DNA of 64,000 bases. Source: Octopus vulgaris. Taxonomy: Eukaryota. Positions 28,472 to 41,260 of this stretch are shown one piece after another. Location of the stretch: assembly GCA_951406725.2 (NCBI GenBank), contig OX597826.1:42160001-42224000 (forward strand). Direction: 5' to 3'. The stretch's first letter is position 1. Every line of letters begins with the position of its first letter. The notes beneath the pieces were generated by a model that was not told the DNA's origin, did not search any database, and saw nothing but the letters and a program-made list of their open reading frames with translations. The position numbers and the translations under genes were made by a program.

Positions 28472-28728
28472 CTAAAAATATAGAAAGCAATACATAAATT
28501 ACTTAATGAATTGATCCAATGTACCAGACATGAATCAAATTGTTCTTAATCTCCATATCTTAAAGTATGTAATTCTTAAAAAAAAAAATCGAAAGACCTT
28601 AAAAACGAAAGACAAAAATTGCAAACTTAAAAGTTTGCTAAACATGTTATCTCCCTTGTACAAAGTTTCGAGGGCGTCGTGTCTCGGTAACTGTCGACAC
28701 TTTATTAGTGTATTTCAAAGGCGAAACA

Positions 28729-28812
28729 ATGCGCTGGGGACTATGTTCAGCAGGTTTAATTGCAAACGATTTCTGCAATGCTTTGCACTGTTTAAATCCT
28801 TCAGAACATAAA
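28729..28812 (+). CDS. DHDH: DHDH-like gene B exon 1 (MRWGLCSAGLIANDFCNALHCLNPSEHK)
   Basis: ATG at 28729, gtaagt donor. Confidence 0.9.
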
Positions 28813-31800
28813 GTAAGTAATGACTTTTTTCCTTTCATATTTACCTATTAATTTTTAATTTTATAAACTGACGCAGTGACATTTTTAATTTCATTTCTTC
28901 TGTATTCGCACTTAAGAGCTTCAACCACTCTTCTTGCATGTGGGTCAGCTCAGACTGCTGATGAAAGCCATTCCATAGAGAGCATTAAACTGTAACTACG
29001 GCAGAAAAAAAAGATGAAATGGTCACAACTGGAAAGCTTCTAAAAACACGGATATTTAAGGGGGAAAAAAGCCATATCATTTGAGTGTAAAACATTCAGC
29101 TTTATGAAATAGTAGCTAAACTCACGTTTGAAAGAGAAAAATTTTAAGTAGTAATTTATCAACAAAACTTATTTCAGTTCCTCAGCAATCCTAACTCGAA
29201 ACAGTACGTCTACTCTCGGGATTTAATTTCTTTATAATTGTTTTAATAATCCATAGCTTTGTATGCAAAAAGGAATCGACCAACTTATTTTACCCTTTTG
29301 AAAATTCTTGTTCCGTGGCAATTTTTTTTTTATATCTTCCTGGCAATGTCTTCTAATGTGAAAAAAAAAATGTTAACCGATGCAAAGAAAATGACTAAAT
29401 TTATCGTGGGAGAGATTAAAAAAAAACACAAATACATATGCATACGTATATGTTTCATATTTAGGTTATGTTTATTTGGATTACTACCAAAGGGTCGCTT
29501 CGTAACATTTGGCTGTCAATAGAGGAGAATGTTAACTGTGCTATTTCGACAGTTATCTGAATGTGCTCGACATAGACCTAGTGACTGCTTTATCTGCTCC
29601 GTACTGCCCCCCTCTCTACCGCCTCCCCCCATCTCTCTCTCTCTCTCTCTCTCAGCTAGCAACGTTTCCTGTTACTATCACCATCAGACAATTAGGTTTC
29701 AAATTTATCTCACTGCTGAAAGGTCACACGTAGAGAAGCAGTCATGTAATCGAAAAGCATATCACAATCCTTTCTAATTTAGGCACAAGGCATGTAATAT
29801 TGGGGGCGGGGAGGAGAGTTAGTCGATTACATCGATTCTAGTACACAAATAGTACTTACTTTATTGACCACAAAAGGATGAAAGGCAAAGTCTACCTCGG
29901 TGGAATTTTAACTCAGAACATGAAGACAGACGAAATGCCGCTAAGCATTTTGCCGTGGTAACGATTCTGCCAGCTCACCACCCTAGAAAAGCATATCATA
30001 ATTATCAGAACACGAAACTGCTCAACTAGTTGGGCGTTGTAGCTTGGAGCATTGTACTACAGGAGTAGAATAATGAATGAAAATGGAAATGAGGAAAGCT
30101 TCTAGGAAGAAAATATGTGCTTGCGTAGGGATGGCGGTGAGGACTGAGAAGGGAGTGGTGGACTGTTTATGTTTAACTGCATGAAACCAGGCAAATTTAA
30201 CGGATCTTTACCCTTTGACCTACAGATTTAAAAAAATAATTTTTGTAACTAAACACTTTCAAACTTCGGACACTTATATTTACGAAGTTGTTTCACGTTA
30301 AAGTTATAGTATTTCGGTAATTTCAACCAATCAATGACGTGTATTCAGCTGAATAAAATTACTGCCGTTTTTTGTCAACAACTATCGGCGGTGTATTTTT
30401 CGTTTGTCACTGTTATTTATGACATCGTTCGTGCGTTTGTACTGGTTTTAGCTTTAAGGTGTTAGGGTATTAGGGTTAGGGTTGGGGTTAGGATTTTAGG
30501 GTTAGGGTTGTCATAAATAACAGTGACAAACGAAAAATACACCGCCGGAAGTTCTTATTGACAAACAACAGCAGTAATTTTATTCAACTGAATACACGTC
30601 ATTGATTGGTTGAAATTACCGAAATACTACAACTTTAACTTGAAATAACTTCGTAAATACAAGTTTTTCTCAAAAATGCTAAGAGTAAAAGATTCTACCA
30701 GTGTCCGAAGTTTGAAAGTATTTAGTTACAAAAAATTATTTTTTTAAATCTGTGGGTCAAAAGGTAAAGATCCGTTAAATTTGCCGGGTTTCATGCATTT
30801 TTGTCCCAAAATTTAAAGCAATTATTATTAACAGTAGATTCATAAATCTTTATTTATTTGTATACACTATTAACTACCATCCATTCCAATTATATCTACA
30901 ATTATATAAACTTTACTTTATTTTGCTTTCCGTTTAGATAACTGCAGTGGTATCCAAGTCTTTAGAGAAGGCTAAAAAATTAGCTGACGAATTTAAAATA
31001 CCAAATGTGTATACCAGCTATGAAGAATTTGCCAAAGATCCCAACATAGGTATGAAATGTATTTAGCCTAAATCATATTGTAAATTTTGTATATTATTTT
31101 ACTCTTTTACTCTTTTTTACTCTTTTTCTTGTTTCAGTCATTTGACTGCGGCCATGCTGGAGCACCGCCTTTTAGTCGAGAAAATCGACCCCGGGACTTA
31201 TTCTTTGTAAGCCCAGTACTTATTCTATCGGTCTCTTTTTGCCGAACCGCTAAGTGACGGGGACGTAAACACACCAGCATCGGTTGTCAAGCAATGCTGG
31301 GGGGACAAACACAAACACACATACATATATATATATATATACATATATACGACAGGTTTCTTTCAGTTTCCGTCTACCAAATCCACTCACAAGGCATTGG
31401 TCGGCCCGGGGCTATAGCATAGGACACTTGCCCAAGGTGCCACGCAGTGGGACTGAACCCGGAACCATGTGGTTGGTTTGCAAGCTTCTTACCACACAGC
31501 CACTCCTGCGCCTATTTTGTAAATTCCTTTAGATGTTTTAATACACTGTATTTGATTTGTCTTATACAAATTCAATTTTAACAACTGTTACTGTAATGTC
31601 TGGTACTGGAAGACAAATAATAGACGAAGAAATGTATAGAATGGGATAGTAAGTTCAACTCTGAAAATGTGCCATATAAACGAAATAACACTGGATCAAG
31701 ATGATTCCGGATACGCTGGGACGTATATATGCACAAGTCTCACCATAACAGGAAAATAGATATGAAAATTATTATTATGATGATAATTAACATTATCATC

Positions 31801-34800
31801 AATAATAATAGAATAGGCATAAATATTACATTGTGTTTCCTTAAAGTTGAAGGAATTAATAGCCAATTTACAAACACTTGTTAAGACTTCCTCTTTTACC
31901 AAATATACTATATCAAAATATATTACTGTTAAGTATTTTATTATATGTGTAAACAACACTTTCAGTATGTAAATAAATAACTTTGACAAAAAAAAAGTAA
32001 TTCTATTTTGTCTTTCTTAGATCTGGTGTACCTTTCAACTGCAAACAGTTTTCATCACCCTCTTTCCATTCTTATGCTTAACAATGGTAAACCAGTTCTG
32101 TGTGAGAAAACCTGTGCTTGTAACACGAAGCAGACAGAAGAAATGATTGAACTTGCAAAGTCAAAGAAATTATTTTTCATGGAGGTATGGTTTTAATACT
32201 AAAATTGTGTATGTTGGTACGATGTTGTTCTCTCTCCCTATATAATCCCTAATGAAGAAGACCCACAATCAAAATCTTTCCAGTCATAACCATCACGTCT
32301 TTTGATGGTTGTATTTGTTTATGTAATACATTATCTGATATATCTTTCCTATCATAAGACCCTAGTGTAATTTAGTTTCTTTTTCTAGCAGACTGAGTAA
32401 CTATGTAAAACAATGGTTCTCTGCTATTTTCCCACATGCATTCTTTTCGCCATATTTCAAAATTCCACTTGCCACTTTGCAAATATTCTAAGTCAAAAAT
32501 GTCATTCCTAATATGCTTATAATAGTGAAAAATCGTTCTTTTTTCAGAAGTATATATACATTAATTGAATTATTTCTGTGACTGAGTTTTACAAATTTTA
32601 CAGCTATAGAAAATGTTGAAATTTAAATCTCAAAAAAAAAAATAAGGTTTTTTTTTTGTCAAATACATAATTAATTTTCTTGAAGTGTATTTCAGTAAAC
32701 AAAATGTTTAATAGTATCGTAGCGTATTATAGAACTTTATATATTTATTTATCATAAGATTAGTCTCTAAGAAACCTGTATATGTTTATTTTATTTTCCT
32801 TTTTCAATTGTAGTATACATTGGAGGAATGCTTAAAAGGGAACAATGCATTCATATTTTTCTTTCCAGTTTACTTCATTTTTCATTCGAAACGGGGTTTA
32901 AAATCGTTGTTGACACGAATTAAAGCAACTCATTATATTGTTCTTTGTGTCACTGTCAGATAGGAGTCACACATCAAGGACCAACAGGTGGGGGATATGT
33001 GGTAGTGGTGATAGTGTTTTTTGTATTGGTTTTGGAGTTGGTGGTGGTGTGGATGATGATTGACATTTTTGGTCGTCGCCGTCGTATTGTTCTTGTTAAG
33101 TGTATTGTCGTCGTTTAATCTCGAGTCAGTTATTGATCGAAGATCAAAGAACATATCCTTGAACTTCTAAAGTACACTGGTACAACATTATCTCGCGTGA
33201 TTGCCTTTTATTCTAGATGAAGTCGTTCATATTGTTCATACGATTGTTGCTATTGTCGCCGATTATTGAGGAGTCGGTGGGTTGGTAATAGCAGAAGTTG
33301 TAAACGGACTTGATGCAGTTTTTAAATACTTAACATTTATCCGACTTTCCGGAGCGGTGAAATTACAGAGCATATTCCGAAGTCAGTAGTTATGCTTCAC
33401 AATTTCCGTATATGCGAATTTCCGAAACCTGAGATTGTCGTAACACGGAGGATATCTTTATATATTTAGTATAAACATACGTTATCAATAAAAAAAAAAT
33501 TGATAAGTGTATTGAAAAGCTGTACGTCTTCTTGCTCTGTTATATTGTGCATGGATGTCGACTCCATCATGAGTTGGAGTCGGCAACGATAACGAAAGGC
33601 CGTACAGCAGACGAGATAGTAGTAAAATATTAAAGATCACAACTCGGGGATGTGTTTGTTTTAATGACTTTTTCCTTCTTTTATTTGAATACTTCTAATG
33701 ATGTATTTCTTCCTACCTTAGTTTATATGTTCCTATCGTGTCTTTCTTTCTGCCTTACCCTTCGTTTTTATTTCTGACTTTATCTTTATTTCTTTATAGT
33801 TTTGCTTTCGCGTTGTCATTCTTTCAGGCTTTGTGGTCCAACTTCTTCCCAGCTTACAAAGCCCTTAGAGAAATCATTGACTCTGGAACCATAGGAAAAA
33901 TACGCTACGTAGATGCAGCTCACTTTTACGACTTATTTTCACGTGATTTTGTATCACAGAAGTCTTTGGGTGGAGGAGGTCTCTTGTGTACTGCTGTGTA
34001 TGTAATATGGCTTGCGAGATTTGTATTTAAACAGGATCCCGAAACTATTACTGCTGTTGGAACGATTGCTGACACAGGTAATTATATAATTAATAAAATT
34101 GTAATGTTTCTTGTGTACCTCCTTTATTGCTTTTGATAATTTTACGAACACAATTCTATCCCCTTTACTCTCTTTAATTGAGTATCCGTATTCCTTGACG
34201 AGTGGGATTTCGTATGTGTAGATGCTTAAGAAAACAAACATACACATCCATAACACATCTCTCACATATAACTGAGTAAGCAAGTATAACTAAAATAGAC
34301 GTAAGTCATTATTTTGAAAGGATCTCAAAGTTAATAGAAGAAATAAGTATCATTCAAGGAATCATCTTCGTTTGAGTTTACAATACTGAGTCCCTGTACT
34401 CTTAAATAATTTCTCATCATTGAACAATAAATACATATTAATAATTAAAGAGAAAGTGAAACAACTTTAGTTTTAAAAAATCAGAGAAAAATGTCGGCAT
34501 ATTCTCAATAAAGTTATTATACTTTTAGAGAGTGTTAAATAAAGGAAGATTTGCATTGTTGTAGAATTATAGAGCCTTTTAAATTTTACGATGCTGTTAT
34601 ATTTACCTTTGTTAATTTTTGCAATAACATCAAAAACATTCGTTATACATCTGACACAGCGAAATAGAGTGGAGGAATATATTATCTCTGGCCAGGCTAA
34701 ATTTCCTTCTACGATGTAGATGAGTTTCAACACATAATATTCTTTGCTAAACTACAATTATTTCTCAATAACGAAATAGTTGAGAAAAATTACTTTTGAA

Positions 34801-37800
34801 GCCAACAAAGAAACCTCCTATACTATCACTCGACCTGTAACAAATGACAGCTTCTTCAAATCACATCTTGCTAACTAAACGGACTCATTTGATAATAATA
34901 TAGTCCTAGATATATTATGGTAGTAAAAAAAAACAGTATAGTCATAACTTGTATGCTTTCCATCATACATCTGTACAACTACAGCTCGAAAACCAACTTT
35001 CAAATGAGAGACAGTTGAGAAGGCTGTAGAACTGAGAGAAAGAGCGTGATATGATAAAATAAACTGTTTTCCCTTAAAGTGTTAGCTCGTACATGTTTGA
35101 ATTGAGCCATCCTAAATCTGAGCCATTTAAACTATTTTCATTTGCTCTGTACCCAAGTCATATCCTCTCTGATTTACGTGTACAAATGTTAGAAACATCC
35201 TATCATGCACTGAGGTGATTTGACATAAACGTGTTTAATTCTACATCACATCACACAGCATATAATGTAGTCTCTTAACTGTACATTTCCATAGATAGTC
35301 TGACTGTAAGATTTGTTTATATATGCACTAGCAGCATAGCCCGGCATTGCCCGGGTATGTAAGAGCCCCTGGAGCAGACATGATGCTCGCTGTGAATTAA
35401 AAACAAATTCCTGCCAATTTGTTAAAGATATTGTCGAAAATGTCATCTTGAATTTGAACGCGATTTCCCAAAAATGGCATGATTTTATCGATTTTTTTCT
35501 GATGGTAAGGTATTGCATGGAAAACTAACATCAGAATTAAGTTTCATAGGGTAACATTAAGCTTCACAATGAGTTTAGTGAAAATCGATAGCAAGTTGCG
35601 AAAACTACAACAGAAAATGTGTTGCAAATAAAAAGCTTAGATTCTCGACCCCATGTCGAATTTATCGATTTTTTTCAGAACTGGGGGGACTTTTCAAAGT
35701 TTTGAATTATGACATTGGGCTATGTGTGTGTCAAGTTTCATCAGAATCGGTTTAACGCCGTGGTCAGGGTGAGGGTACAACCTGACAGACACACAGACAC
35801 TCAGACAGACAAACTGCCGTTTATATATAGAGAGATAATTTATTACTGAGAAGGTTTATATAAGTGGTACCATGTGTTAGCTTGAATTAAATTGTAAATG
35901 AATACAGACGAGCTGTGCGTTGGTATCAAAAGGAAATAAAGTAAAACCCGAGATTTGGATGGCCTTTATCATTTTTGGTGAAGATTCCCCTCCTTGCCTC
36001 AAGCATTAAACCTCTCCTTAAATCTCTACATCATCTCATGGTACACCAACGTATACATCTTATGCTTCTAGATCAAAGTTTGACTCTATTGAGTGTTACA
36101 AATGAAATGTTAAAGGATTGAGACGTCTATAGAAATCAATTGTATTGCAATGCCATGCAAACTTGAGGAAAAAGTTTGATGATAGCTATGGTGATTTGTA
36201 TGGCATGATTGCTTTTATGAGTAATAATGAAATATAAGAAATGTTTTTGTTTCGTTTGGAAAAGGTGTCGACCAATCTGGCAATATTATTCTGACTTATA
36301 AGGATGGTGCCAGGGCCTCTTTGTCTTATAGCGTTGCTGTGAATGGAAGACGTGATGCATATATTTATGGAACCAAAGGCAAAATTTATGTAAGTAACCT
36401 TTAATTTAACGATATTTTAGCGTTAAATTTGTTAATCTAGAATTTAAATTTACCTGCTATTATAACCATTATTTACATTTAAAAGTAAAGATATATCATT
36501 TATAGAAGACTTGTTCTACATCTAACATTTACTAAATATAGTTATCGATTAATCTATTGTACTAAGTCTAAAATTTATTACAAGAAAATTAAACTACCTG
36601 AATGTATTTACTATATGTTCCTGTTTTAAAAGATACATCCACCATTTTGGAGTGCCAGCAAAATTGAGGTGAATGGAGAAGAAAAAGAATTTCCACCCCC
36701 CAAGTCTGATGCGAAGTATAATTACCCCAATAGCGCTGGATTAGCTTATGAGGCCGAAGATGTCCGTCTGTGTTTTGAGAAGGGTAAGTGTTTCATAATT
36801 CTTGTTTCTTTTATACTGAGAGTACTATCTCATATCTAGATATCGTTCTGACGAAGCCTAGAGAAATACCCAAGTACTTCAATTTCATCTACCTATTACT
36901 TCAGTCTAATTGAGTAATAAAGGTAGAATGAGGTATTTTTACCTCTTAGCTGAAACAGCTGTAAGTTATTTTCCCAATATATATTCTTGTATGTTATTTC
37001 GTAATAATTACTGGTATCCTTATATATTAATATATTTTATATCTTATATGTAAAGCATAATATGTTATACATGTATGTATATTCTTGTAATTGTCAGTTT
37101 AGTAAATAAATAAATAAGTTAACATAATATAATGGCTAAAAGTTGATGAACCACCTATTGATCCCCTCCACTTTCTTATTGCTATATAAATTAATGGTAA
37201 CGTATCTCTTTACCTCCACCCATTTAGTACACTAAATAATGTAATTGCAATACAATAAAAAAACACTTGTGTATTAATAATTGGGTATTCTACCAGCAGT
37301 ATATCTGATAGATATTATCCCTGAGTGGGTTGGATATATATATATATATAGCATGTGGGTGTGAGCAGGGAAAAGTAACTGCTGTTGCAGTGCTTCTCCC
37401 CTTCATTAGCTATTACTATAATCTTCATAACCACGGATAGGAACAGAACAATCAGTGAAGAAGTCAGTTGTCACAATCTTTGTACAGCTAAATATATTTA
37501 GCTGGACTTGGGCATGGCTATGTGGTTAAAAAGTTCACTTTGTAACTACGAAGTACAAGTTCAATAACGGGAGACAGCACCTCTGAAAGTATCTTCTCTC
37601 TATGCTTATGATGACGAACATCTTCGTAGTGAAATTTAGATACAAAGTGTGAAGCTTGTCACATTTATGTATGGGAAACTTATTCCCACCACTGTACATA
37701 GTTTTCCTTCCATGTCTCAAATCACTATGTCTGGTCTATTATGCTTACATTTTGTTGAGATTTTTCTTCCGACGGGATCACCTTATACAATATTTTGGCA

Positions 37801-38077
37801 ACAATATAATGTCTTGTATGTAGATACTAACACGAAGACATTTTTGGATATCTGCTTGTGATGTAGGTGATATCTTCGGTATTAACTCCACAAAGTCTGC
37901 ATCGGTTGTTACATTTTGGTGTATTACATGCGTTTCTGTCTGTTTCATGCATCAAGAATTTAGTTGCTATTTCCTGTTCCTGGAAAGCAAACGTATACTC
38001 TTCAAAATGAGTTAGTGGTCCTGTTGTTGCTCCGCGATAGTCTGCTTTGATATCAGTTAAAGTGATGAAGATACACA

Positions 38078-38170
<93 letters not shown>

Positions 38171-38767
38171 GAATAAATAAAGTCAGTGGAATTATCTCCC
38201 CAACATGCTTTTAGAAGTTAGACCCTCCTATCTGTCATCCCCCACCAGAAACCCCCAGAGATCATCTCTGTCTCGGATATATATGTCTTCACAGACATAT
38301 AAAACCCACCTGAATGTGGTGCCCGCGCACTTCACTTATGTATCACGAAGAAAACTTGTAAAGAAACTAGAAACAGTGCTTTCTTTGAGCAAGTCTTTTG
38401 CAATATTGGCCCAGAATCCAGTCACATCGATCAATGCTTCATTGGATTCCCTACTTTGTTGTTAAGTGGTGAGCTGTAGGAAGATAATTTCTCTTTCCAA
38501 AAAATTATCTACCTATGCAAACATGAGAAAATATGTCAACACTTAAAAAAAATATTTCCTTCTGACATAAATAAACATTGAATTTATCTTCCTCTGTATC
38601 AAAATATTAAGGTTTTTTTGTAATTCCTTTTTACATTTGTTTTTTTTCTTTCTGTTTCTAAAGGTCAGCTGGAATGTCCTGCTCACACTCATTCTGATAC
38701 TTTGTCAATTATAAAAGTTATTGACGAGGTTCGACGACAACTCGAAGAGACGCATCAGAAAAATTAA
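28729..38767 (+). CDS. DHDH: DHDH-like gene B, 7 coding exons, 329 aa
   Basis: join(28729..28812,30938..31049,32021..32184,33828..34077,36265..36389,36633..36783,38664..38767) = 990 nt, open frame, GT-AG introns. Exons 1-6 have the same sizes as in gene A; introns partly alignable to gene A. Confidence 0.93.
30178..30797. mobile_element. Foldback/MITE with very long inverted arms and a (TTAGGG)n core
   Basis: 30178-30424 pairs with 30509-30797 (with indels); degenerate TTAGGG array at 30462-30509. Confidence 0.85.
30938..31049 (+). CDS. DHDH: DHDH-like gene B exon 2
   Basis: 112 nt; peptide identical to gene A exon 2. Confidence 0.92.
31099..31512 (-). mobile_element. SINE family 1 in gene B intron 2
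   Basis: Full-length copy, short tatttt duplication; the homologous site in gene A intron 2 (~15245) is empty. Confidence 0.85.
32021..32184 (+). CDS. DHDH: DHDH-like gene B exon 3
   Basis: 164 nt; DLVYLSTANSFHHPLS...LCEKTCACN...FFME. Confidence 0.92.
33828..34077 (+). CDS. DHDH: DHDH-like gene B exon 4
   Basis: 250 nt; [13 protein letters not shown]...GGGGLLCTAVY...GTIADT. Confidence 0.92.
35327..35836. mobile_element. Helitron/Helentron-associated non-autonomous element
   Basis: actagcag..cccggcattgcccggg hairpin at one end; (caga)n and tttatatatagagagat at the other. Confidence 0.6.
36265..36389 (+). CDS. DHDH: DHDH-like gene B exon 5
   Basis: 125 nt; [42 protein letters not shown]. 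Confidence 0.92.
36633..36783 (+). CDS. DHDH: DHDH-like gene B exon 6
   Basis: 151 nt; [50 protein letters not shown]. Confidence 0.92.
36846..36965 (+). ncRNA. Hammerhead-like motif with long stem II, in gene B intron 6
   Basis: CTGACGA-agc...gct-GAAA-CAGCTG-TA; stem I weak. Confidence 0.55.
37640..38045 (-). mobile_element. RLE-type (R4/Dong-like) LINE fragment
   Basis: FAFQEQEIATK...CRLCGVNTEDITYITSRYPKMS: degenerate zinc-knuckle region typical of RLE-clade LINEs. Confidence 0.65.
38664..38767 (+). CDS. DHDH: DHDH-like gene B exon 7
   Basis: 104 nt; [34 protein letters not shown]. Confidence 0.92.
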
Positions 38768-38929
38768 GGTCTTTATAGAAAAGAAAATATAGCTATAAGA
38801 GAATAGAGCGTTTACTTACAATTATTGATAATCTAGAGTATACATACATGCATAAGTTTATCATTTAGATATAAATGAGTATGTCTAAATATGCTACTAT
38901 ATGCATGGGCATACATACATAAAACAAAA

Positions 38930-39540
38930 CCTACGAATTCGGTTTCGAATCTAAGCTTAGAGAAGGAAGTGTTAATTTTTACAAGCTGATGTGAAATGTT
39001 TTCGCTTTGACGAACTATAGCACGGGCTCTTTTCCAAGTAAGCTTTAATTCGTCTACCGAAAGCAATTTAGAATGGGCAGTCTCATCACGAATACCGGAA
39101 ATCAAACATTGCAAAGCCATTTCGTTTTCAAACATTTTCAGAGGAATCAGATTGTATTCACACTCAGGTAAAGCTTGTTGTATTCTGGCAATGAAATCAT
39201 TGCAATCTTTTTCAAGTTTCTAATTTAGTTTTGTAAAACAGAAACGTGCTGTGTACACATTTTTAGCAGGTCCCCAAAGTTCATTCAGTAAACCAAACAC
39301 TTTAGTTAATGTGGCAGATTCCGTAATTCTTAATACGTCAAAGTGTCTTTGTTCTTCCTTCCCGAGAAATTGGCGTAATAACTTTATTTTGTGATATTCT
39401 GATAAATTAATGGTTGGTTGTAGTACCGGAAGTACTTCTAAATAATCCAAATAATCCAGCGATTCCGTATAGCGGGGGATGGTTTGTCCGTATAGCGGGG
39501 GATGTCACAGAGTGTGGTACCGTTTTGATTTCTACCATAC
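38930..39540 (-). mobile_element. Gypsy-like LTR retrotransposon gag remnant
   Basis: KIKLLRQFLGKE...WGPAKNVYTARFCF...DFIARIQQALPECEY...LISGIRDE...KLL...LTWKRARAI, with an in-frame stop. Confidence 0.7.
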
Positions 39541-40059
39541 TGAAGTTAAATTTGTAATTCACGTGATTGTAAATACATGAAGTTGGTCTGACTTGTGATA
39601 TCGAGTGATCTTATTCAGGAAAAATACTGCATGAGCGTCCTGCACAGAGATATAATTTAGGTAAATAAACAGTAATTGCACTAAAGCGGTTGACGCAAAT
39701 ATACGCCGAACGTTACCTTGTACTGAGTGCTGACCTCAATCGGCGCGATTACCGTTGACGCGCGCAGGCAACCGAATGAACCAACGCCGTAAATTGGTTA
39801 AAGCGGTTGATGTAAATATTCGCCAAACCATTGTCGTGCGCTAATTGATGATCTCAACCGAGATGATTACCGTCAATGCAACCTTGTTGCTTGATTTTAA
39901 AAAGAAAAAAACGTTGTCATGAGGTTCATCACTTTAAAATTCTGATTGCCAAACAGTTCTTGAAAACAAACGACACAATTGCCTTTTAACTTCCGTCTTA
40001 CTTTAGTATTGTACAAAAAGCTTCACATCTTCATTATTAAGATACTGTTCACAGAGTAT

Positions 40060-41260
40060 TCAATTAGATAGGGAATTCAATTTTTGTTTGTTTACCTTCT
40101 TGATAATAAACTCCAATAAAATCTTCGAGCGCGTTGTTGATATTTTTGCCGTGGAATGCTGCCGGTGAACCACACAATAAACTGATAAAAGAAAGTTTTA
40201 AAACAAATGAGAAATCTTTGAATCTGCCTACCATTGCAGGCGCACCATTAGATGTGTAGGCAACAACAATAAGTTTCACATTGTTTTAAATAGGATTTCG
40301 ACCGTGCTTAACTACCTTACTCTAGATACATGCTAGATATCCAATGATGATATTGACTGTTGCTGCCGTTGTTGTATCTTTTATTAATATTGTCCAAGTT
40401 GCTACTCTGTCGTTCTTCGCATTGCCAGTAGTGTTTTTAGACATTGTACCTTCAACTAGGAAAAGTCCTCCTCTTTGGAGGGGAGAGTGAAGTATGAAAA
40501 ACCTCAACGCATGTCGTACTTATCTCCTATCTCCTCCAAGATCGCTGAAGGTGATAGGAGATAAAATTATTTTCAAAACAAAATCTGAAATTTTTTTCAG
40601 CAAATTTGAGTCTCAGAAGGGCAATAAATAAAGAAACCAACAACCAACTACTTGGAATTTTGGTTGTCTTAATAAAACGGTTTGTAACAAAAAATTTTAA
40701 ATGACTGTTCAAGATATATAAAACATGGCCGATCCAAAGTGTGTCATGCCGATACGAACATAATAACAATAGTTTCAAATTTTGCCACAAGGGCAGCCAA
40801 TTTTGGGAAAAGGATAAGTCGATTACATCGATCTCCATTGTTTCACTGGTACCTAATTTATCGACTCAGAAAGGATGAAAGGTAAAGTCGACCTCGACGG
40901 AATTGAGCTTAGAACGTAGTGACGGGCGAAATGCCATTAAAGCATTTTGTACGGTGTGCTAATGATTCTGCCATCTCACTACCTTGATGATAATACCAAG
41001 AAGTTTTGCTTTATTCGATCTCTTTATGATCTGAGTTCTTGCTGATTGAATTATCCCGTCATCCAACCTACCGGCAACATTCAGTCTTCTGGTGACTTCA
41101 GCAGAATTCAGATTGTTGCAAGCATTTGGTACTAAGTCTCCGATTTTATAACTCCCTTCTTTCCTCACTATAGTCTCAGAGACCCTGAAAACAAAAGCTA
41201 AGTTGTCCTTCAGTTCTTGACAAAGTGGCAGATAAAACAAAATGCATATTGTCCCAATAA
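40060..41260 (-). mobile_element. hAT (Buster/SPIN-like) transposase remnants, interrupted by a SINE
   Basis: TSNGAPAMVGR (cf. TTDGAPAMxG) and FRVSETIVRKEGSYKIGD-like N-terminal motif. Confidence 0.5.

Noticed and set aside
28955-29040. CTGATGA followed by GAAA in gene B intron 1
   Set aside because: No hammerhead stem architecture.
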